A stretch of DNA of 64,000 nucleotides from Octopus vulgaris (Eukaryota). Positions 13,039 to 26,469 of the stretch are shown in pieces. The translations under genes and the position numbers were made by a program. Each line of letters begins with the position of its first letter. Within the stretch, counting starts at the first letter, position 1. A model generated the notes under the pieces. That model made no database searches, was not told where the DNA came from, and saw only the letters and a program-made list of their open reading frames with translations. The stretch covers positions 61,690,001 through 61,754,000 of the forward strand of contig OX597828.1 of NCBI GenBank assembly GCA_951406725.2. Direction: 5' to 3'.

Positions 13039-13579
13039 TTCGACCAATTGGTAATATTCAGTTTCGCACCTTTAACGATAGAGCTGAGCGCTTCCCAATT
13101 GTCTGTGCAAGAAAAAACAATTAGGGACAAGAGCAAACAGCAATTCAGGACGGTGGACGAGGACGAACAGTCGGACAAAATACGACCTTGGAGCCAAGGA
13201 GATGAGAATAGTGGCTAACGCTTAGAAAATGTCTTGAAGGATGGAGAACGGAGAAACAGAGAATTTGCGACTGGTCGACTACGAGACCAGTTTAAGAAAA
13301 AAAAAGGAGAACTGGCTGCTGGTCACGTAACAGTAGCAGGCAGAGGAGAAAATAGCAGGGAGAGGGGGCGACAGAAATAATGGGAAGGGGTTGAAGGGGA
13401 GGGGGAAAGACTAGGAATACAAGAGGGGTAGAGAGAAAAGGAGTAAGTAGAAAGGCTAGAATAAGAAGTGAGAGGGCGAAGGAAAGAAAAACGGTTTCTT
13501 TTTCTGCGGGCACCGCCAAATGGGGAGCACTCAGTTCTATCGTTAAAGGTGCAAAACTGAATATTACCAATTGGTCGAT
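13039..13579. repeat. About 80-bp inverted repeat pair in a probable PLE-derived module
   Basis: tcgaccaattggtaatattcagtttcgcacctttaacgatagagctgag (about 13040-13090) is the reverse complement of ctcagttctatcgttaaaggtgcaaaactgaatattaccaattggtcga (about 13530-13579). Confidence 0.8.
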
Positions 13580-13723
13580 AACTGATGAAGAATTATGGAC
13601 CTTCTGTTTGTCTCCCGATTGTTTTTACATTCACGATAAGGTACGCTGTCTTTTTATACATATTTTCATTTATCAAGTAATGGAACGCAATACACACCGA
13701 ATTTGTATTACAAAGTTTTATAT

Positions 13724-13802
<79 letters not shown>

Positions 13803-13907
13803 AATAAGTCTTGGGATTGATATCTTCGTCTAAAACCCTTTAAGGCGGTCTTCCAACATGGCATCAGCCAAATGACTGAAACAAGCAAAAGAATGAAAGA
13901 ATATCCA

Positions 13908-14482
13908 CAGTAGCGGCCATAATGTAAGGGTCAGTAAGAAGAAGTGCATTGAAATATTTATCATAGAAGATTAACAATATGTTGAGACTATAGATATTTT
14001 ACACATATTTAGAGATATCTAATATCTATCTCACGTGAAAATTTCAAGTGAATGGAATAAATATTTCGTAAGTTATGAGGAAATAAACAATCTTCCAAAC
14101 TGCAACGGTTAAAAGTTAAGGGTCACTTAGAAAACCAAAGAAAAGCGGAACAAGAACAAAGAAACCTTTACTATTAATATTTGTGACCTTCTGTTACCAC
14201 AGGACTGAATTAATTTCTTGCGAAATGATGGAGTAATATTGCTCCATTCGTTTTTTAATAACTCCCAGAGTTCATCTAGGTTCTTTGGTTTTCTCCTTCG
14301 CGCTCCATCTCCAATAATCTTCCAAACGTTTTCTATAGGGTTGAGATAGGTACTTTGAGGTGGCTAGTCCATGAGATCAATCCCTTCATCACTCAAAAAA
14401 ATCTTCGCAGTGTGACAGGGAACGTTGTCCTGCACGAAGATAGGTTGAACTGACAAGGATCGGAAATGTGGAAGGGCACGCT
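13908..14482 (-). mobile_element. Tc1-like DNA transposon remnant (transposase C-terminus, DD34E region)
   Basis: Minus frame reads IFVQDNVPCHTAKIFLSDEGIDLMD*PPQSTYLNPIENVWKII...KPKNLDELWELLKNEWSNI. A CAGT-type end is possible near 13908. Confidence 0.85.
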
Positions 14483-14489
14483 ATCTAAG

Positions 14490-14624
14490 AATCTGCAGGA
14501 AACTTTACCGGTGAGTGTGTTAAATAATAAGGCACTAAAAGAGAATGTCTCTCCCCAGACACAACAAAATATACAGCAGCATACGAACATACATAAAGAA
14601 TTTTGCAAGCAAAATCCAGAAACG

Positions 14625-14630
<6 letters not shown>
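14490..14630. repeat. Dispersed repeat, second copy at 15542-15675
   Basis: Both share ttaccggtgagtgtgttaaat.ataag.cactaaaagagaatg.ctctccccagacacaac...aaatccagaaacgaaat and end in (TA)n. Confidence 0.85.
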
Positions 14631-14673
<43 letters not shown>

Positions 14674-14689
14674 ACTAAACTACAGTTGA

Positions 14690-14870
14690 GACAATATCAT
14701 GACAAAAATTAGCCCTCCATACTTTACCAACATGCCAAGGATCAGCTTGGAGGCAACCTGGGTCAACTTGACACCCGCATTTTATCCAAGCACCCAAAGG
14801 ACCCAACACTCAGACAAATACAGGAGTACATGCTCATAAATGAAACATCCCCGTACTAAATAGGAAATAT
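14690..14870 (+). mobile_element. Penelope-like GIY-YIG C-terminal remnant from a different clade
   Basis: SILYQHAKDQLGG...RILSKHPKDPTLRQIQEYMLINETSP/VLNRK matches the conserved RQxxE...P.LN.K end of PLE endonucleases. Confidence 0.6.
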
Positions 14871-15746
14871 ACGTAGTAGATGATCATACCCCCATACCCA
14901 CAGTTTATATTTATATACAGGTAGAATAGTTAATGGGCTGTTATGTAGGTGTATGTATGTGTGTGTATGCGTGTGTATATGTATATATGTATATGCATAT
15001 GTATGTAGGCAAATGGATATGTAAACAGATGGACATACAGACGAATAGGTACAATGGTAGTATGAACAGACAAGCACACAGACAGACACGTACGCAAATG
15101 AAGGCTGAAACACGTGACCATATTCACACACACTTCACTTTACATATGGAGGCACGTATGAAGACACACGTCCACACATATAGAGATACACTTTCATGCA
15201 TACAGATACTGTAGATAGTCACAAAAACCCATACACACACACAGACACACTCACACATGCACACACACGAAGACAGAGGTACACACATACATACATATAT
15301 ACATACGCGCACGCACACATACATATATACATACACACACTTAAATGCATGCATACATATATACATATCTACATACATACATTCATGCATGCATACATGT
15401 GTATGCGTACACACACTGACCCAAACACATGCGCACAAAGAAGTAAAAAGAACGCGGGTTGAATAACGGACAGAGTCAACAACCATTGAAAAGGTTGCAA
15501 GACGCAACGAAAATCTTAGAAAAATAAATAAGTAAATGAGTGGAAATTTTACCAGTGAGTGTGTTAAATCATAAGCCACTAAAAGAGAATGACTCTCCCC
15601 AGACACAACAGAATATGCTTCAACACACAAACTCACAATGCGAATATTGCAAACCAAATCCAGAAACGAAATTATATATATATATATATATATACATAGG
15701 CGCCCAAGGTGCCACGCCGTGGGATTGAATACAAAGCCATGTGGTT

Positions 15747-15863
<117 letters not shown>

Positions 15864-15935
15864 GACAGACAGACAGACAGACAGACAGAGACAGACAGAC
15901 AGGCAGGCAGACATACATACAGCATGACAGACAGG

Positions 15936-15967
<32 letters not shown>

Positions 15968-15982
15968 TAGATAGATAGATAA

Positions 15983-16056
<74 letters not shown>

Positions 16057-17701
16057 GGTAGAGGGATTGATAAATAACTAGCTAGATAAGTAAATATCTA
16101 TATCTGTCTGACTGTCTGTCTATCCATCTATCTATCGATCTATCTATCTATCTATCTACCTATCTATCTATCTATATATCTATCTGTCTGTCTTTCTGTC
16201 TGTCTATATATCTAGCTTTTACTTATTTTGATAGTTCTCACGTTGGCTAAATCGTGTGACTGCACTAGAGATGTAAGATATAAGATGACAGTTTTTTTCG
16301 CGTTCTTTAGTCCCTTATTTGCTTAGTTGTTGAACACTTTATAACCGTGACGGTTATAGCCATATTAGAAGATTGCTGGCAATGAGGTCGAGAGCTTTCA
16401 GAAACTTGATTCTTGAGTATTTTGAAAAATATAAATAAATCTTCTTTGATCTGCAACCGTTACACTAACTACAGCGTAAAATGGACGAGCTTCTATACAG
16501 AAATGGCATTTCTAAACATAAACATATACATTGGTACATTTTCTTATTAAATACAAACATCTATTTCATCCAGATACACACAAAACATCCTAACGCTTAA
16601 CTAAACATACACACGGCCGATACAGACTTTCTTCAATCTACTCTGTCCCTCTGTCCGCTTGTCTAATTGTTTTCTTTTTTCCTGTATTCCCCTCTTTCTA
16701 ACCTCTCTCCCGACTATTTTCTTTTTCTTGAGAAAAACTATATCGATTACACATTACAAGGAATCAGAATTTTAGATTTAGTGAGATATAAAATGAATCA
16801 ATTATATGTTGTCTACAATAACTATAGATCCTACGTGCTAAATAGCTTTTCTTTTGAGCAGTGATGCGTTACCAATACATACATACATATATACATACAT
16901 ACATACATACATACATACATACATACATACATACATACATACATACATACATACCTATATACATACACACACACATATATATACATACATACGTTCGTAC
17001 ATACATACATACATACCTATATACATACATACACACACATATATACATACATACGCTCGTACATACATACATACATACATACATACCTATATACATATAC
17101 ACACACATATATACATACATACCTATATACATACATACATACCTATATACATACATACACACACATATATACATGCATACGCTCGTACATACATACATAC
17201 CTATATACATACATACATACCTATATACATACATACATACCTATATACATACATACACACACATACATACATACATACATACATACATACATACATACAT
17301 ACATACATACATACATACATGGAATTCCTCATAACAGCTATAAATGTTAAGCTTTACAAGGATCGGGGATATTTTGGTGAAAGCACAATTTTAGTCTCGC
17401 TACAATCAGAGCCAGGAGATACTTTAGCTTCCCAGCAATTTGATGCTTTATAAAGCTCATGTGAGAGAGCCACCATAGAACATTTCCTCTCCTAACTGAG
17501 ATAGTGCTGCAGCTGCACACACAAAACGAAGCCATATTCCATATTGGGTTAATGATCGCCCAAGAGATCACCGAAAACATCGCAGGCTATAGTAGCAAAT
17601 ATCAAGTTCCTTTCAGTAGTTACAGTTAACATACACTTTGATCTTTCATTTCTAATCTGATTGTCAATTTAAAAAAGATATCTCCTTTCGCATTTTGCAC
17701 T

Positions 17702-17990
17702 ATCTAGTAACACGCCCATGAAGAAGCTTTTGCCTGATCACTCAACCTGCTAGAAATAACAGCCAAATTTCACTCAACTCTTAGTTGCTGTTGATATTCT
17801 TTGCACTCATGCAAGCTAACACTAATCAAAAAGAGCTTTCATAAGAGACTTTCCACTTATGATCATTCCATTTTTATTCAATGTGTCCTGCTTTTAGGAT
17901 TGTAGGGTAAAATTTCAGTGAAATTTAGCTGTTATTTCTAACAGGTCAAGTGATCAGGCAAAAGCTTCTTTATGAGCGCGTTACTAGATT
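17702..17990. mobile_element. MITE-like element with about 75-bp terminal inverted repeats
   Basis: atctagtaacacgcccatgaagaagcttttgcctgatcactcaacctgctagaaataacagccaaatttcact pairs with agtgaaatttagctgttatttctaacaggtcaagtgatcaggcaaaagcttctttatgagcgcgttactagat. Confidence 0.8.
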
Positions 17991-18313
17991 GTGGAAAATA
18001 TGATAATACAGAGTCAGCAAACCTCGGTAAACTTAACTCAGGCTTGCACCTTGGGGATGAAATATTCAGGTGTAGTTACATGGTCACCTCTGATCGATGA
18101 GTGATATTTACCTACCTACCTACCTACCTACCCATCTACCTACCTACCTACCTACCTACCTACCTACTTACCTACCTACTTACATACATACATACACACA
18201 CATATACATATAGTCATATACATACCATATATATATGCATATGTATATCATATGAATGTGAGTGTGTATATATGTATTATAATTATAGGCACGCACACAT
18301 AATCACACACATT

Positions 18314-18624
18314 TTTTTCTTCGCCCTTTTCAAGCCTAGCCAGGCTCATGGGCCCGGTTTCTCGGTTTCTGTGGCGTATGTGTCCCCCTCCACCAGCTGG
18401 ACGACACACCAGTCCATCGCAGCGTTACTCAAGAAACAGGAAGAATGAGTGAGAGAAAGTTGTGGCGAAAGAGTACAAAAGGGGTCGGCACCATCCCCTG
18501 CCAGGGCCTCGTAGAGCTTTTAGGTGTTTTCGCCCAATAAACACACACAACGCCCGCTTTGGGAATCGAAACCGCGATCCTCCGAGCGCGAGTCCGCTGC
18601 CCTAGCCACTGGGCCATTGCGCCT

Positions 18625-18626
<2 letters not shown>
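18314..18626 (-). mobile_element. tRNA-derived SINE with V-domain-like centre and poly(A) tail
   Basis: Head ggaggcgcaatggcccagtggctagggcagcggactcgc...ggtttcgattccc, centre ctgcgatggactggtgtgtcgtccag, ending gaaaagggcgaagaaaaaaaa. Confidence 0.8.
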
Positions 18627-18684
<58 letters not shown>

Positions 18685-18706
18685 TTATGTATGTATGTAT
18701 ATATAT

Positions 18707-18840
18707 AGTTGAAATTTACAGAAGAGCAAAAGACGAAGACAAGTGTATAAACAACAAGCAAGTGTACTAGTTTGATGCTTGGGAAAGTGAGAAAGTTTTC
18801 TACGTTTCGAGCCTACACTCTTCAGCAGAAAAGAAATAAA
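18707..18840 (-). mobile_element. PLE-derived module with variant minimal hammerhead (18796-18832); family also at 22732-22855, 29370-29525, 41137-41330, 56990-57080
   Basis: Copies share gttcaaatttacagaaaacaaaagacgaagacaggtgt and cttt-CTGNNGA-agagYgtaggctc-GAAA-cg-TM-aaag. Confidence 0.75.
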
Positions 18841-19289
18841 CTGAGAGAGAATTAAAAATAAACTGAGAGAGAATTAAAAATACACATAAACACGTATAGG
18901 TATGTATACATATATATGTGTGTTTATGTGCGTATGTATGTGCACATATATAAATACAAACGCATATACGAACGTATGTCTATGTGCGCAGTCGCGTGTG
19001 AATGTGTGTACGTGTGTGTGTGTGAGTGCGTGCGTGCGCGCTAGCTTAGTATCATGTCGTTGCCAGGGAATTTGGATGAAAGCTTTTGAGAATTTATGAC
19101 CTTCTCAGACTTCCCTCTCCCATTCATTACCGATTTTGGCCAATTTATAATTTCAAAATAATTTTCAGACGAAGAGGTGTGTGATTTAAGGGATATTTTG
19201 ATTGTTGTTTCTCGCAGATTTCATGACCACCTGATATCTTCTTTGTAACTCTAACATGTAATGTTGTTTTTCCAACATTTTCTCACCAT

Positions 19290-19500
19290 GGCAGCGAGCT
19301 GGCAGAAACGTTTGCACGCCGAGCGAAGATCTTAGCGGTATTTCGCCTGTCTTTACGTTCTGAGTTCAAATTCTGCCCTAGTCATGTTTGCCTTTCATCC
19401 TTTCGGGGTTGTTGCATATAGTACTAGTTATACACTGGGGTCGATGTAATCGACTGGTCTCCTCCTCAAAAATTTCGGGATTTGTGTCTAGAGTAAAAAA
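19290..19500 (+). mobile_element. OK-type (Meta-domain) SINE
   Basis: ggcagcgagctggcagaaacgtt...gttctgagttcaaatt...gcctttcatcctttcgggg. Confidence 0.85.
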
Positions 19501-19768
19501 AAAATAGTTTCTCCCCATAAACACATTTTGTGAAATGATGATGTGGAAGTAACGTTTTGTTTAGCTCAAGGATGGTCCGTTGCTAGGATTTAAGCAACAA
19601 CAAAAAATAATTCTGTAATTTAAATTTTTAACCCCTCACCTCGCACCAAGCGAGCCTGTGTGTGTGTGTGTATGTATGTGTTTGTGTGTGTATGTATGTG
19701 TTTGTGTGTGTATGTGTGTGTGTGTGTGCATATGTGTGTGTGTGTGTGTGTGTAAGAAAAACATTTAC

Positions 19769-19820
<52 letters not shown>

Positions 19821-19852
19821 TGGTGCCTTGTACCATTTATCTACTTTTAATA

Positions 19853-19895
<43 letters not shown>

Positions 19896-21010
19896 CATAT
19901 CATGGACTCCCGTCGTTAGACGGTGTATGAGGGTTCGGCAATTAGTTGCTAATCAACCACAAAGATGATTTGTTTATAGTGATCAAATGTTTCTGTTCAC
20001 ATAAGCTCACTCGCTCCATCAAATCGACATCATTTGTACGGGGGTACCATGTGAGATGACGAAATGCTCGCAGAACAAAGTGAAATGAAGTGTTTTGCTC
20101 AAGAACACAACGTAGCGCCTGGCCCGGGAATCGAAACGACGGTGTCGCAGTCGTGAGTGTAACTCCCGACTATTCCGTGATAGAAAATTCAACAAAAGAA
20201 GTGCTTCATCTGGTGAGAGATAAATATTATTTATTCATACATTTCTTTGAGTGGTACTAATAGTTTCATCTGTTAGGAAATTTCTCATCAGGCACAAACC
20301 ACATATCATAACGAACTAAAAAATTGAATAAGAGAAGAAACGCGAGAAAATTGAGAAGACAGTTTATAGAAAATGCTCGCACACACACGCGCGCGTTCGC
20401 TTACAATTTAGAAAAAGTAGATTCCTGCGACAACATGATGCAGTGATCTATCAAAAAAGAGTAATCCATCAAGCAAACTATTTCCTTTAAAACTAAGGTC
20501 TGTCATAACACTGAATTGCTTTAGGTTACAATCCGTTAATAATAAGACAGCTCTTCAGACTGCAGAATCTGTCTCAGAATTTCCGTCCGTAGCAAACATA
20601 CAGAAACAACATACGTATACATACACACATGCATACGTACACACGTATATACATACATAGATACACATATGCATACATGCACACATACATACGTAAACAC
20701 ATGCATACATACATACATACATACATACATACATACATACATACATACATACTCACATACATACACACATACATACATATACATATATATATATATATGT
20801 ATGCATGTGTGTGTGAGTGTGTGGTTGTCTGTGAGCATATATATACGTATATACATACATGCATATGTGTGTGTATGTGTGTGTGTGCGTGTGTGTGAAT
20901 GTACGAATTATTATAAAAATATAAATCTATATCTACCTACATATTTATCACTTTCTATCTCTTTCCCTCCTCTGTTTCTGTCTCTCGCTCTTGCTCTCTT
21001 TCGCTCTCTT

Positions 21011-21069
<59 letters not shown>

Positions 21070-21650
21070 ATATAGATGTGTGTGTATATATATATATATT
21101 TATATATATACATATACACATACATACACACACACACATATATATCAATATACATCAATATATATATATACGTTTCTTTTTATTTGTACAACTATAAATA
21201 CAGATAAATGCGTATCTATGTATATGTGCGCCCGTCCGTGTGCGTGTTTGTATTGGGAGACCTCAACAAAAATAGTGCAAAAATATTTAAGAATATTGAA
21301 ATCTATAAACAATAAATAATGCAAGTTGAATATGTCAGTTAAGCATGTTGGCGATGGGTTTAAAAAAAGGACTCACACCAACTGTCACGTGTGGTCATGT
21401 TCATTAGACATATGTCAATTTCAATAATGATTAATTACTGTCTGTAAACAATATTTCTGTATCTTTAATTATATTTTCAACCAAATATATATGTATGTGT
21501 AAATAGGTGTAGGTATGTGTATCTATCTATCTATCTATCTATGTGTGGGTGTGCGCGCGTGTATGTATGTGTGCGTGTCTGTGTATGTGTGAGTGTGCTT
21601 ATATACGTTCATTCATACACACACATATTCACATACAGGAATGTTTATTT

Positions 21651-21700
<50 letters not shown>

Positions 21701-21880
21701 GGATATAAATGCACACGCACTCACCCACACACACACACATGCATATATTTACACATAAAAAGAATGAGAGAAACAAATGTTGACAGACAGACAGACAGAC
21801 AGACATATAGATAGACAGATAGACAGACAGACAGACAGACAGATAGACAGACAGACAGACAGACAGATAGACAGACAGAC

Positions 21881-21990
<110 letters not shown>

Positions 21991-22866
21991 TCAGCATGTT
22001 GGAGAGAATTCTACTTCAGTAGATGAATTATGAAAGTATGGAAAACTGAAACATTTCGAAAGTTGTATAATTAAAAAGGAAAAAAGATACATCTGAGGCT
22101 TTTAGGAGCAAAATACTCTCGAATATAATATAGAGTAATGTAATATTATACAACACAATATGTAATACAATATAGTTTACTATATAATATAATATAACGA
22201 GATATATATGTGTATATAAAACAGGTCGCTCAACTATATAAGCATTTATACAAATATGTTTGCTATACAGGTACAATTAATTAAACTGGTAAAATTAATT
22301 TGAATATTAATTGTTGAACTGAATGAACAATGAAAACTAGGTATGCAATGGAATCAAATCTCAGTCATAACATTTCGGTTTATTTTGGTGGACGTTAATC
22401 TTACGAAAACTTGCTTCATTGAGTTGAAATCCAATCGTGATCAACTTTATATTTCATCCATTTTGGAGAGGACGGAGAGGATAAAGCAACAGTCAAGTAC
22501 GGGAGAACATTGAATCATTTGTACATAATCTCCTCAAAGAAATGTGGAGTTTTGCTTGAGTTAGGACACATCAGTTGCTTCTTTTCACAACGAGTGTAAA
22601 TGGATTCAGCGATCATTTTACGCGTCTATGCGTCAATACCTATGAATCTTGCCGTGTGTGTGCGTCCGTGCGTATGTGTGTGTCCAAGTATTCTTTTAAT
22701 CTTTTATTCTTTTGTGTGCTGGAGCACTACCGTTCAAATGTGCAGAAAACAAAAAAGACAGGGACAGGTGAGGGAGCAACAAGCAGGTGTATTAGTTTGA
22801 GATACGGAAAAAAAGGGAAAAAAGCAAAATCGTGTCGGGATTAATGGTTCACATGTTGTATATATA

Positions 22867-23078
22867 CAGGGCGGTGCAAAAGTAGGTGTGCAGTTATGAA
22901 AATGACACATACAATACTCAGTTATTTTTATCAAAAAAATTAAAAGTTATGATAAAAGTATTATTATGATTAATGACACTGAAAATATCAAAAATGAGGC
23001 TAATTTAATGAGCTAATAATTTTAATGAAGTATTATGACATCGGTGTGATACTATATACCTATGTTTGCACCCTCCTG
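22867..23078. mobile_element. Tc1/mariner-type MITE
   Basis: ta|cagggcggtgcaaaagtaggtgtgcag ... ctatatacctatgtttgcaccctcctg: imperfect terminal inverted repeats starting CAG. Confidence 0.6.
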
Positions 23079-23112
23079 TGTATGTATGTATGTATGTATG
23101 TATGTATGTATG

Positions 23113-23167
<55 letters not shown>

Positions 23168-23467
23168 GTATTCCATTATTGTTTTTTGTTTTTTTATATC
23201 TGTCCCTTTTGCTGTCCTGGTGTTCGTATGCATTCGATCCTTCTTCCAGGAAATCTACGCTCCCAGCTTAGTTTTTCTAATGCTCGTTGCTTAGTTTTTC
23301 TTGGAGGGCTGGCCGTGATCTAGTAATCTCAAGATTAATCAGCCGAAATTACTACGATGATCCGGTTCTTGACTGAAGACTGAGGGTTTCGAATGTCCTG
23401 TCCGTGTTTATTGTATCGTCTTCTAAGAGTTATACGTTCTTGTCCATGTTGTATTTTTCTACATACC

Positions 23468-23523
<56 letters not shown>

Positions 23524-23532
23524 TACACACAC

Positions 23533-23930
23533 GCCTCTGATTTTCCAATAAGGTACGAAAATCGATTAAGGTTGTTCATCATTGTTTCAGTCTGCAGAGA
23601 AATGGCTAAAAATTGCCCAGTTTATAATTATACCGTATGTTACATATATATTCTATCATATCTTGATACTGTGTGGACTAAGATCTCTGTTGACAGGCCG
23701 ATGATATTTATAGACTGTCAAACACTTTCGGTATGCAAATTAGGGACTCTTTCATAGAGTAATTGCTGCATTTGTTGAGTATATAAACAGTTTAGTTACT
23801 CGTTTCTCCGCTGACTGTTAGAATGATGTAGATGCCTCTGATTAGAACCCAATAAGCTTAGAAAATCAATTAAGGTAGTTCCTCATCTTTTCGGTCTGCG
23901 GAGAAATGGCTAAAATCCACCCTGTTTATC
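23533..23930 (+). repeat. Tandem direct repeat (301-nt period) starting with hammerhead remnants
   Basis: 23533-23630 matches 23834-23930; each copy begins gcct-CTGATT..-..caataag..-GAAA-atcRat-TA-aggt. Confidence 0.8.
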
Positions 23931-23949
23931 ATACATATGATATGATAAC

Positions 23950-24165
23950 CCCAAAGGATAACACTGAGGCTACAAGCCATAGCCACTCATAATAAAGAAA
24001 ACTGGTGGAATGTCCCAGTGAAAACCTCATTAAACATAATAGACCTGACATAATGATTTGGGATGAGAGGAGACGTGTACAATTGTAGAAATCAACAACC
24101 CAGTGGATGTTAACATAAAGCTAAAAATCAGCGGAAAAGAAAATATCCACGCCTAACTACAATAC
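23950..24165 (+). mobile_element. R4/Dong-type non-LTR element, restriction-like endonuclease remnant
   Basis: WWNVPVKTS...KHNRPDIMIWDE...CTIVEINNPVDVNIKLKISGKENI (PD..E motif). Confidence 0.75.
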
Positions 24166-24170
24166 AGTAG

Positions 24171-24231
<61 letters not shown>

Positions 24232-24232
<1 letters not shown>

Positions 24233-24765
24233 GAGTGAGAGACAGTGCATGCCATCAAAGGGGTAAAATATACGAAGCCCAGTATACCCATCATGACTAC
24301 CCGTCTGATAAGGGTACGCTAGGCACATGCATCACAACCATATGTGCATGACATTGTGATAAACAGCACATGACCTTGCAGGTGAGGCCCAGTTAGAATT
24401 TTCTTCTGGTCGAGTAACCCATCCTGCTCAAAAGGTACCTGAATAAGGGTTGTTTAAGGATGTTGAACGAAACATCCATGTTTCCAGAGGTGAATTATTC
24501 AAACCCCAAAGAATCCCTCTCAACACATAGCTATGATGCTCCCCCACTACTTCTGTTCGTGATCAGAGATGCTTATATTGTCAGCCACTAAGGGACATGC
24601 TCAACTGGTTATGGTCAAACAAGTGACAAGCAAATCTGTAGTATTGAGCAGAATATTTGCTGTAGCCCATCTTTTATACCAAGACAAAACAATGTACATG
24701 ATAACACTTCCAATCAGTTTAGATCAGCAGCCATGAGAGCCACTGCCTGGTACTGCATCAGGGCA

Positions 24766-24767
<2 letters not shown>
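24232..24767. mobile_element. Non-coding interspersed element inserted in a (TTA)n tract
   Basis: About 535-bp GC-richer block flanked on both sides by long (TTA)n; no ORF recognised. Confidence 0.55.
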
Positions 24768-24834
<67 letters not shown>

Positions 24835-26121
24835 TAGTTTTATTTTTATAACGTGCTTTCACTTCACTGCCGAGCGCAGCTCTGTGTGCCTTGGGTATGT
24901 GCTGTGATTTGTTGTGATGCTCTGATGGTTTAAATATTTAAATATTATTATTATTATTATTATTATTATTGGCAAGAAATATTGAGATAAAACTGAATAA
25001 TGATATACATACATACACGCGCGCACACACACATTCATACACAACGCGCGCGCACACACATACATAAATACATGCATGCATGCGTGCATACACACGTGTA
25101 TACACACATACATACATGTGTTGCTGCCCCACACATGACATGACTTATGATACAACTATTTCAAAACACATCAAAATTGATTGCATCACTAGTATACTAA
25201 TGAACATCAATCGTGTAACTAAAGAGTTAGACAAGCCAAACACAGTGAGAGTAGAGAAGGTTTTCGGTTATGGTGGAAAGGACAGAGGTAAGATTTTGTT
25301 TTGCTATTAAGATAAGCCATTAAACTGCGTTCGTGAGTGAAGTCATACTTACCATATGAGTAGCGAGCGTCTTCATGAATACTTTCCATATTGTGGGTGG
25401 GCACTGTTAATGTTCTATTAGTTTACTATAGTGTGGGGAAGAACTTGAACTTTATATTAAGCAAACAATTGTCTTCTGGGCTAATGTACATTCTACTGTT
25501 CTAAAAGAAACGCTACATTTCTGATGCAGTTTGGGGCACGTAAAGTACCGGGACTATAAGATGTACTATAAGAAGTATTATATATAAAAACTTGATGAAT
25601 CATAAGGAATGGCATTTTTATATCTAATATGTGCAACGCTGCAGCACCAAAAGCAAACAGTTGTGATATGGTCGGCGTGTAAACTATAACTGATTCTTAA
25701 TGAAGAAAAGAAACATTTTATTAAAGGACTTCGTACGAACTTATAACTACAATACAATTGCTGTTCAGGCTGTTTCATTTGTTTCCGCCAATGTCAATGA
25801 AACAAATATAAGCAAGACATATATGATGTGTTCTTGTCAGGAAACGACAAAAGGATGTCATTGACCATACACAGGACACCGATAGATTATTTACAAGCAA
25901 AAGAAAAAAAATAATTGTGTTTATTTTTGAGAATAGAGAGAATACGTGACCAATAATGAAACATATCGCAATATATTCTAACTGGATGTGCACGCACGCG
26001 CGCGAGTTTGCGTTTGTGCATGTTTACGTGAGTGCAGTGCGTATGTATATTTGTTTAAATACATGTATATTCAAATATATACATACATCCCAACTACATA
26101 CGTGCATACATATATACATAT

Positions 26122-26197
<76 letters not shown>

Positions 26198-26389
26198 GTA
26201 CACAAACACACACATATATATATATGAACATTTAAGGTGGTTTTAGGGTCAGGGTTTTGACTGCTATTTCAGCATGGTTGTATCTCTCAGATACCCTAAT
26301 TTATCGTTTAAAAAATTATTACCTTTGTATGGTATTGATTCCCATGCTGGCCACTAGATAAGATCGATATTTAAATATCGATATTATCC

Positions 26390-26426
<37 letters not shown>

Positions 26427-26469
26427 TTTAAAATGAGCGACTAATAGTTTCATGGTTTGGAGATACAAT

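Noticed and set aside
17346-17640. Possible Tc1-like transposase remnants (also 27583-27800) and DNA-transposon-like AT-rich blocks (31580-32370, 57080-57650)
   Set aside because: No diagnostic motif or terminal inverted repeat pair could be read with confidence.
18540-18626. tRNA-like sequence with A and B boxes
   Set aside because: It is the head of a SINE and continues into the SINE body with no acceptor stem closure.
23338-23395. GAAA...CTGAAGA order suggesting a type II hammerhead (similar order at about 13000-13045, minus strand)
   Set aside because: Stem I cannot be closed and stem II needs missing bases; not supportable by eye.
25350-25403. Strong minus-strand donor ATATG|GTAAGT as a possible Wnt exon 2 end
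   Set aside because: The acceptor context is weak, extended upstream reading hits stops, and there is no Wnt cysteine pattern.
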